A DNA stretch of 63,332 nt, from positions 1 to 63,332 of the forward strand of contig JBEWZL010000286.1 of NCBI GenBank assembly GCA_045837725.1, read 5' to 3'. Of the stretch, positions 51,030 to 63,332 are shown piece by piece (position 1 is the first letter of the stretch; every line of letters begins with the position of its first letter). The stretch is from Vermamoeba vermiformis (taxonomy: Eukaryota). The notes under the pieces were generated by a model, which saw only the letters and a list, made by a program, of their open reading frames with translations, was not told where the DNA came from and did no database searches. The position numbers and the translations under genes were made by a program.

Positions 51030-51371
51030 TGGTATGTCGCGCTTATTTCTCCTGGCGGCAGTTGTTGATCAGATCTTTTGTGGTTGATCAACTTTGCCAA
51101 TTTTGATATTAGCAGCGGCTGAAACAAGTTTGTAATAGATTGTACATAATAACGCATTAAATTAATTTTCTTATTTATTACAATGTTTGTCAACTTGCGC
51201 ACGCGTAGCGAACTTTCGGATGTAGATCTCTTTAGTGACGCGAACTTTTGGCCTGGTAAAGCCTTACAACGATAGTGGTCTTCATACCATTACATAAGTC
51301 TCATGCCAGCTCGGGGTTCTCGAAGCGCAGTTCAATTTAATTTACATTTTAAAAAGTAGTGGTTAACAGGC

Positions 51372-54300
51372 ATGGCGCAATCAAAATCTACTTGGGACCC
51401 AATGAGTGCTGCACAAAATTGTGAAGGCGAAATAACAGGCTGGTTAGGCACTAGTCGCAAAGACTTCAAAGCGGCAACTGAATTTTTAAATAAATTAGCT
51501 GCGGGCCTTAACGATGAAGCGAAAGCAAATACAAAAGGTACGTAATATTAAAATATTTCTAAATTCTAACCCAAGTTATCTTAGTTGGGTTCTCCTTGCC
51601 AGATTCAACTTTTGGCGCCTTATCACTCCTTGAATTAGCAATAATTCATAATAGAGTGGATTTCTTTGATGCAATTGCCAAGTTTAAACAAAGAATCGAG
51701 TTATACAATGTATACGACTAGTAAGGACAAACGAAAATTATCGGATCTGGATTCTAACCAGCAAGCAGTTCATTGGAGTACCTAAGCGTATTGCATAACT
51801 TCAATAATGGCAATTTCGAAGAAATATTATCTAAGATTGAGGAAAGCGTTGCGAAGAAAGCAACCAGAAAGAAAGCCAAATCCGCTTATCCAAGCCTCTG
51901 CAGCAGGTCACATTGAGGTGCGTCAACGTCAATATACTTATTATTAATATAAAATAGGTCTTCAAGTATTTTCACAAAACAAAACCTGGTAGCCTCAATG
52001 AGCTAGCGGATCCAGATCCACAATGCTACGCTGACCAAAGGACAGTGCTTGAGACAGCGGCGCTGCACAATCAAATAGAGGTGTGTCGGTACATATTGAG
52101 CTTGAAGGACTTCAAGGTAAGATCATTACGAAAGCAGTTTCAGCATCTAAATCAGTCTTCTCACAGCTGGTCTCTCACCAATCACCACTCGGCAATACGT
52201 TGCACATCGCAGCACGATTGGGTCACGCGGGAGTGGTGCAAGCGTTTCTCGACTACCAGGACTACTCCAAACCACTCCTCGAGTCAGCGGATCCGTCTGG
52301 CTTCACTGCACTCGGTTTAGCAGTGTTGAACGGACACATAGAGGTCGTAGAACTGCTGCTCAAACACAACGCGAGCGTTCACACGTAAGGCCAAGTGAAT
52401 TGATATTGAAAGAACATGTGCTAATTGAATTTATGACAGTGTACAGGACATTGAGGATAAACAAACACTATTACAGGTGGCACTGTCGAAGTACGTCCAT
52501 CTTAATTAGATTTTGCCTTATGGTGCTAACGTTATATCACAGGCCAGCACAGCTTCGTGAGGAGTTGAACGCAATAGAGAATTCACAGCCAGGAAGCATT
52601 GTTCTGATGTTAGTAGAGCACGGCGCTAGTCAAGAAGGCTTAAACAAAGAGCAACTCGACATCGTCAACGTATTGATAAAAAGAACGAAGGTCACAGTCT
52701 ATCAAGGTACGTGAAACTTGTGAATAGAAATTAGTATTAATTGTAATGCATTACACGTAGGTACTCTTCCTGCCGAGCAATCAGCGAGTATACCCGGAGA
52801 GATATGGAGCGGTATTATTGACAAAATCGATCACCATTATCTCAGCGCACTGTCAACGGTGTCAAAGCTCTTCTCCGAAATTGTAGACCGACCAACGTGG
52901 AGCAATTTGCATTTAGTTATTACAAAGGACTGGCTCAAGAAGCATGATAACAAAGTATTTACTGAGTTTTCTCACAAATTGAAGCACGTTGTGTCGTTGA
53001 AGATCGATTGCGATCGGTACGTGACGGAAGACACATTTGTGCTCGATCAAATGTTTGCAGATATCTCGAAACATTGCCTTAATTTACAAGAACTCGATCT
53101 CTCACGCTATCGAGGGCTAGTTACGATATCGTTCATGAACGAGCTCTACAGAAATTGCAAAAAGTTGAAGAGCCTCAAGGTCGACACAGTGGTACATGAA
53201 CACATCTCGGAGGAAAGAGAAAAAGTCGAACGAAACGGGAAAGAAGAAGACATGCTCACGGGCTTTGACAAGACCTTTAATTCCATCTCGACGTCCCTGC
53301 AAAGTCTAGAGATAGCCATCAGTTTGGGGAGTCACAAAGTCGGCTCATCGCCGGAGATTGTGCGCGAAGTACTCCTACAAAGCCCTCAACTGACCAAGTT
53401 GCGATTGATCAACATTGATAATCAAGCCGAAGATTTCGTTCCCAACTTGCTCCGCACCGTCATCCTGCCACTATTTGACACGCATACCAGGCTCAAAGTG
53501 TTGGGGCTGGCTGGGGCTTGGGGCACTGATAGACTGTCCAAGATCGAATGGGAGACGTTGTATACCAAATTTGGCACGTTAGAAGAATTCGAGATATTTG
53601 ATTTGCAGTCGAAGGTCTATTTCGACTTCGATTCAGAGGACAGCGACGATGAGGACCACGTCAACAACAAAGCAGACACATTGAACTATGTAGCCAAGTA
53701 CTGCATCAATCTTCAGTCATTGTCGTTGGGTGCTTCATGCAAGCGATCGAACGAAGATAATTTCCCGCTCACTACCCTGCAACACTTGAAAAAGTTTTAC
53801 ATGGTTTTCCTCGATGAGACCTGGGTTGATGGTACGTAATGACCGTATTGTGTCATATTTACATAATAACATTGTGCGTAGGCGCGAAAATCATCAAGAA
53901 CATGTCCGCAGCTTGCCCCAAACTGGAAGAAATTCAGTTGATAGCTATGAAAGGCCCTGCTAAGGCATGTAACTTTGAAAGGATCAAATTTGGTCCAGCA
54001 CTGCGAGAGTTTCACTGTAAGTCACCGAGAGACTCGTCCTGGATAATCTTATCACTGTTGCAGACTTGCCCCGACTGAATTCTGTGGCACCATTCGTTCA
54101 GGCCAGCAACACACTGAAGACGTTAATTATTGGCACGGTACGAAATCACACAGTGAATGAATGCATTTTGTCTGATATGATTTGTTAGATATCCATGAAC
54201 GACTTTAATGTGTTGATTGATAATTGCAGTTTGCTCGTTGACTTGTCCGTTAAAATTGGTAAGTAACTAGAGTGGTACAATATAATTAGCTCATTCCTTG

Positions 54301-54753
54301 TTAGGCGGAGAAGATGCGGTAAATTTTGGCAAAATATTATTAAAATTGCCTAATTTGGCACACTTGAATTTGCGAGGTGTTTACAACGACAGTTCGTTCA
54401 GGTACGATGCAAAAATAATTGAATTTTGCTTGCTTAATCGATCTTTCATTAGAACACCGGCTGTCGGACTTAATTTGAAGAGACTTATTTTTGACTCGAA
54501 ACAGCAGTACATGTCAGACTTGCCTTTGTTCTATCTCAGCGAAGCATGTCCCAATTTGGAAGAGCTTACATACGAATTCGGAGTTAGCTACGGTACGTGA
54601 AAATACTTAAATTTCATCGGTACTAATACGTACTCAGACCTTGCTTATTTGCTCGAAAGACGCTTGCCCAGATTACGAGAGTTGTCAACCGAGAGAAACG
54701 AGACTAAAATTTTGCAACTGGCTAATAGAAAACGAATGGTGAAGATTAAATAG
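51372..54753 (+). CDS. Ankyrin-repeat + F-box + LRR protein
   Basis: Ankyrin motifs GNTLHIAA and GFTALGLA, then F-box SIPGEIWSGII...LSTVSKLF, then FBXL-type LRRs (CLNLQELDLS, CPKLEEI, CPNLEEL). Confidence 0.75.
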
Positions 54754-54818
54754 AAAGACGAGTAAATAAACGGAACACTATTCTTAGTTATAACTAATTC
54801 TAAATATCTTTATATAAT

Positions 54819-57626
<2,808 letters not shown>

Positions 57627-58366
57627 TTCTAAAACGAGATTAGCAACGTTGTGTCTTGATCCGTTCTTTAGGGGTTATTAATAGCACGTGCTTATGTTCG
57701 AGAAAAGAGCTGTGGTCCTCGTAGCACTATTTATAACTAGGCTGATAAAGTTCGCGAAGGTTCTCCCCGAGCAGAAGATCAAAAAAAGATTTTTATCGAA
57801 TGTTCTGCAGCTAAATTAGGACCACCATTAACACCACAAAAATAGCACGATGATGCGGCGCATATTTATTTTTTACGGAGTTGTAACGGTTTTGGCCCTC
57901 ATAATAAGTTGAAAATAGTTCGTTAACCAAAGTAATTACCTAAACAATGCAGGATATCTTCACCAAGATGCCACAACATTAATATGATAAACCAGCCTCT
58001 ATAGTACGTTTAACGCTGTGCATTGTGCACTCGCTTGGCGCCAAAATCAAAATTAATCAAGTTAATTAACGAAAATTTATTTAGGCCTAATGTTGTATTA
58101 TTGAGGTCCATATATTCCTTTTCGTAGGGCCTGCAGGCCAACGAGGCTCTGGTTGACTCCGAACCTCCTAGCCAAACCGTTCAAAAACGTTTGAGATCAA
58201 GTTTGTTCGCACGCAGACGAAACAAAGCTCGTAATGGGAGGTACTAATGTACCATTAGACGTTGTCGCAGTTTCTCCCCGCCACCACGGGTAATTGCCTA
58301 ATATGGAAGTAGGAAAGTTAGCTCAAACAAATTTTTTTGTTTTTGTTTTATAATACAACGTTACAA

Positions 58367-59744
58367 ATGAATACTTATTTACGGGTATTCGCCTTTTTAT
58401 CGTTAGTTACTTTTAGCTTCGCCTTCGGTGTAGGAAAGTGCGGTACAGAGAGACCGACCCCAGTTGAAGGCCTTGGTACTTCCGACAAAAGCATTCCAGC
58501 CTGTGGTAAACATGAGTGCGACGATCCTGCTGTTAGGTAAATTATATTAAATTAATTTAGGATAATTTTCTGATTTTGATCCCGTTGCAGAAATACGTAC
58601 CTAGTTGGACCGGATACTCCTGTGACGACTATCAACCTTAATGTAATCTACTTTGGCAACTTATCTGGAACAGCTAAGACTCAGTATGATGCCCAGGTAT
58701 TTTACTTTATTTGGCGTTAATTAACTCCGATCTGACGGTTATTTTTTAAAGATGGCCTTTTTCAAGCAAGAATACAAGAAATTCTTCAAAATCGAGTGGA
58801 ATATCAATGTTACTGTCGTCACAGACCGTTATCAAGCCGTAGATACCGCCGACAAGAGTACTCTTAATTCCATCGCCGCCGAATTCTACCTGCCCGGTTT
58901 TATGACCCTGATCTGGACTACGTTTGATCCCAACACCGACAATCTTCTCGGATTTGCTTATTCTCCTCAAGCAGTCGACGTTGACACCGAGCCTCAGATG
59001 TTCTACTGCATGATGGATATTGCCGGTGCCTTGACCCCGACAGGCACGACGGTCCTCCACGAAATCGGTCATATGTTCGGTAAGAATCGTTATAATAGAG
59101 ACACTTTTGTTAGGGATGTTACAGCGTAAATCCAACGGTATTTCTAAGTATTACTCTTGTGTTGTAGGATTGTACCATCCGTTCATCGAACTCTCCCAAC
59201 GCGCGAAATGTGACAGCTGTGTTGAGAATATGAACGCTGTCAATAGAGATACCCTCGGCGACTTCTGCAATGATACTTTGCCCGTACCAATGTCCTTTGC
59301 ATGCAACGCGTTGAGTAATAATAGTAAGTCAGAGCCAGCAACGAAAAAATTACCAATTCGTTCGATATTTCAAAGAATATTTAAATCAATAATAATATAT
59401 TATATATTAATCCTTGTTCCATTGCAGATACGGATTGCAACAACAACATGTTCACGGATCTGACGGGCTTGCCGCAGAACAACTACATGGCCTACACACC
59501 TGACAGCTGTCAAAACGAGTTCACCGCACAGCAAGGTGCACGTGCTCGTTGTTACTTGGACAGGGTGTTGAGGTCCTATATTGCTAGCACTTCTGTTGCT
59601 CCAATTGCTTCAACCACTCCTTCGAGCAATGCCCCGCAGAGCAGTGGCAACACGCCAGTCAGAACTCCAAACAAGGTGAGCGGCGGAACTCGTGCTGCTC
59701 AAGCGGTGGCTTCCTTGGCTTTGCTTGGTTTATTAGCACTTTAA
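58367..59744 (+). CDS. Pappalysin-type (M43) zinc metalloprotease, GPI-anchor-like tail (copy 1)
   Basis: Signal peptide, KCGT, HEIGHMFGLYH zinc motif, GDFCNDT, NNYMAY Met-turn, FTAQQGARARCYLD, S/T/P stalk and hydrophobic end. Confidence 0.88.
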
Positions 59745-60030
59745 CCGCTGCCTCGTTAAAGATGCATAACAGAGAATCTTTTATGTGACACCTCACCTAT
59801 TATTAAACAACAAGTCTCGACTTTACAGTGCATTACTTAATGTCTTCGTTGGTGCGATGGAGGAAATTCTAATTAGCTGCGTACATACACCATGCGATGC
59901 GAGTACCGAAAACTCACACGCATTTTTTTGTCACCAATGTTGCAACACAAAAGAACGCTACTTGCGTCATACCATACAGGTATGCTACTGGTACTGCGGC
60001 ATTTATCTTATCTCCACGGAAGTACTAATC

Positions 60031-60083
60031 TAGATCGGTCAATCTGTAGTAATCTAGTAACTAGAGGCGGATTGACCGATCTA
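60031..60083. repeat. Intergenic inverted repeat / hairpin
   Basis: TAGATCGGTCAATCTG (60031-60046) pairs with CGGATTGACCGATCTA (60068-60083), with one G-T pair. Inner TCTAG/CTAGA stem. Confidence 0.85.
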
Positions 60084-60673
60084 AAAATTAGCAATTATTT
60101 TTTTTAATTATTTAAAATTATGATCGACTTGATAGCAATTAATTTATATTGCAAAAAAGGAATTCGACAAAATATTGGAAAGCAAATATTTCTTGCCCAT
60201 TGTGAAGTCGATCAAAACAAAAATTTTTACCGTGGACCAGCGTTGCATGACACGAGTTTGACGATAAGCACTTACATAGGGCCCTAACAACTGTATGAAT
60301 ACTAGATATATGTCTACCGAAAGCCATCGATTCAGCTGTACCCGCGACATGTGGCTCATTGGCCCGTTGATAAAAGAAGACTACGAAGCAACGTGATTAG
60401 TAGCCGGCTAGAATAACGCAAAAGTTGACTTGACAGAAATAGCGCGACAGAGGTACCAATCAGCACTCGTCGATCAAGCGCAAGCAAAACTTCCCATAGT
60501 GAAGCTAGCTTGACATTGAGTAACTTCGTCAATCTCCGCCCAGGGCTGATTTATTAACGCGGTAACATTGAGATTACCAAAAATAGTGGCTGGGAGAAAA
60601 TATCCTACCGCAGAAAAACGGCCGTTTGCACAATTAATTTACCAACGTTGGACTACAGAACAACAAGCCACAA

Positions 60674-62034
60674 ATGAACAAACAGTTGCATTTGTTAGCA
60701 TTGCTTGCATCTGGTCACGCTCAGCTTGGCTTGGAATGGACCGGGCAAGTGCGGTACTAAAAGATCTCCAGATGGCTCAAGCACCTCCGACAAAAGCATT
60801 CCAACTTGCGGTAAACATGAATGCGATGATCCTACTATAAGGTAACACGTCAATATTGGTAATCAATCTTTACTAACTGTTGATTCATTAGAAATCAGTA
60901 TCTTGTCGGATCTGACACCGCAGCAGTAACCGTAAATCTTAATGTAGTCTACTTTGGTAACTTGTCAGGCACCGCTCAGTCCGATTACGATGCTCAGGTA
61001 ATTAAACTAATTAATTCACATAATTACTAACTCCGATCTGACGGTTAAATTTTAAAGATGGCCTTTTTCAAGCAAGAATACAAGAAATTCTTCAAAATCG
61101 ATTGGAACATCAATACCACTGTCGTACCAGACCGCTACACAACGGTCGATTCGGCTGACACTACGACTCACGCTTCAATGGCGCGGGAATTCTACATCCC
61201 GAACTCTTTTACGCTAATGTGGAGCGTGTTTAACCCTAACACTGATAATCTCCTCGGATATGCTTATTCACCGCAAGACCTCGATCTCGTCAACAATCCT
61301 CAGGGTTTCTACTGCATTTTGGATATCGCTAATGCATTGACCCCGACAGGCACCACAGTCCTCCACGAAATCGGTCATATGTACGGTAAGTATTGCTCTA
61401 ATATAGAGGTTATAGTTATAGGCCTTAATGTTGTATTTGAGACAGTATTTCTAAGCATTACTCGTTGTAGGACTGTTCCATCCGTTCATCGAAGACGCCA
61501 CACCTCGATGCACCAGCTGTGTCGAGAATATGGATGATGTCGATAGAGATATTCTCGGCGATTTCTGCAATGATACTTTGCCCGTACCAATGTCCTTCAA
61601 ATGTGACTCGTTGAGTGGTAACAGTAAGTCAGATCTGGCAACGAAAAATTTTTTTTTTTTTTTTAAATTTCGGGGTTATTTTTATAAAAATATATAACTC
61701 TTGTTCCCGTGCAGCTGATGATTGCCACAACAACACGTTCACAGATCTGACAGGCTTGCCGCAGAACAACTACATGGCCTACACACCTGACAGCTGTCAA
61801 AACGAGTTCACCGCACAACAAGGTGCACGTGCTCGTTGTTACTTGGACAAGTTACTCAGCAATTATGTCGTGGGTGCCCCATTGAGTAGTGCTCCTGTCA
61901 CCGCACCTGTCAGCAACACTCCAATCAGCGCCACACCTATCAAGACCCCTGCTACTACTAAGGTCGTTAGTGCCGCCACTCATGTCGTGCAAGTGTTCAG
62001 TTCGATCGCTTTGATTGTCTTGTTGGCACTTTGA
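60674..62034 (+). CDS. Pappalysin-type (M43) metalloprotease (copy 2), apparent +1 frameshift in exon 1
   Basis: Same exon structure as copy 1 and a HEIGHMYGLFH motif. The ATG frame and the KCGT frame differ by one base near 60710. Confidence 0.8.
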
Positions 62035-62322
62035 GGGTAATTGCACGTTGCAATAAATGGGTCCAAAGCTCACTTCAAATCAGGAGGACTGCTACGCCTA
62101 TTAACTTCAATAGCAAAATGTCAAGCCAAAAGAAGGCCCCGAATTAATAGGTTAGGCAGTGAATAGTTGCTTTGAAAAGAAGGATTGATAACGGTTTCGC
62201 TCTTCAGATTTAACTTTAAAATTAATTTTGGATGATTAGAAGACCGGCGTATCTAGCGATTGATTTGTTTTGTGCGACAAGAGGAACATTGTAATTACGC
62301 CAGCCCATCGACAATAACACAA

Positions 62323-63332
62323 ATGAATACGAAACATTATTTGGGCGTTGTTTTATGCATAATTGCTATTGTCAGTGGCTTAACAGTCGTTCCTGAGCAG
62401 ATCCCGTTCAGCGATCCCGAAATTACAAATGCGAACCGAGGATTTTATACGTGGTATAATAACAACGCGGTATGTCGTACTTTAGAAAAAAAATAGTAAT
62501 AAATTAATGGTTAATTGAAGCAAGATAACTCATTTTAATTGACAGATGCCGTTGCCCCAAGCTCCCTACTTTGAGTATTATCGCTTCTCTTGGAACACAA
62601 TAGAAAAAGGATTGAATCAATACGATTTTTCAGCTTTTGACTACCAAGCGAAGAAATGTTGCGACAAACCCGGATGCAGTTTTGGTTTCCGTTACATGGC
62701 CACTCAACCTGAATATTTAACCGTACTTCCGACGTATCTCACGGATGCTATGGCTAAAGCGTACTTTGTCAATAGTAAGTACTCTAATACCGCGAGCCAA
62801 ATATCAAAATATTTATCCGGATCTCATTTATTTGTTTTTAGACACTTACGCATCCGCCATTGTTCCCGATTGGAACGACCCTTATTTCATCGAGAGATCG
62901 TGGGCATTATTAAATACAACTGCTGCTCACATCCGCACAAACAATTTGACTTGTGTTAGACACGTCGATATTGGCCTTTATGGCTGGTGGGGCGAGGGCC
63001 ACACCTCTTGGATCACTTATCCATTGCCTAATGGTGCTCAAGCTGCAACAAACGAGTCACAATACGCCATCGTCGACATGCATCTGGAGGCATTCAAAGG
63101 CATGCAATTGTACGCCATGACAGACAATGCGATTATGACACTTTATGCGTTCTCGAAGTCACCAACTGTTGGTATGAGAAGAGACAGCTTGGGCAATCCA
63201 GTTTTTGACTATTTAAAAACAAAAGTAAGTCGACACTAGATCCGACACTTTTGACACTTTGACACTTTGAACACCACGCGAGGTCTAAATATCCTACTAT
63301 TATTTAGGCAAGCTGGAGCGAGGTTCAGAACC
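62323..63332 (+). CDS. Secreted glycoside-hydrolase-like protein (DUF4832/GH-A TIM barrel type), truncated by window end
   Basis: Signal peptide; NANRGFY, YYRFSWNTIE...YDFS, PDWNDPYF, VDIGLYGWWGEGH and GMRRDSLG. Confidence 0.65.

Noticed and set aside
63244-63272. GACACTTT x3 short tandem repeat
   Set aside because: Simple intronic slippage repeat.

Overview
Gene-dense eukaryotic nuclear DNA with many short (mostly 45-150 nt) GT-AG introns carrying CTAAY/CTGAC-like branch points. The gene content (receptor tyrosine-kinase-like proteins, beta-amylase, HDAC11, MMADHC) suggests a free-living protist, probably amoebozoan, but the sequence cannot fix the taxon. I can support about 30 protein genes. 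Housekeeping genes: menA/UBIAD1-like, EAPP, HDAC11, PET117, MMADHC, galactokinase, TMEM205, RhoGAP, serine carboxypeptidase, G-patch, PTAR1, GCH1, beta-amylase. There are also ankyrin/LRR/F-box proteins, three paralogue pairs and a giant TOG-domain protein. The main observations beyond the ORF track: two U12-type (minor spliceosome) introns in the beta-amylase gene; a small spliced antisense gene with CDK-related motifs nested in an 800-nt galactokinase intron; a U19/SNORA74-like H/ACA snoRNA candidate; a TIR-bounded non-autonomous transposon; and structured GC-rich elements beside the MMADHC and GCH1 starts. Gene models were spliced by eye, so internal exon boundaries are approximate and all family calls rest on recalled motifs, not database searches.
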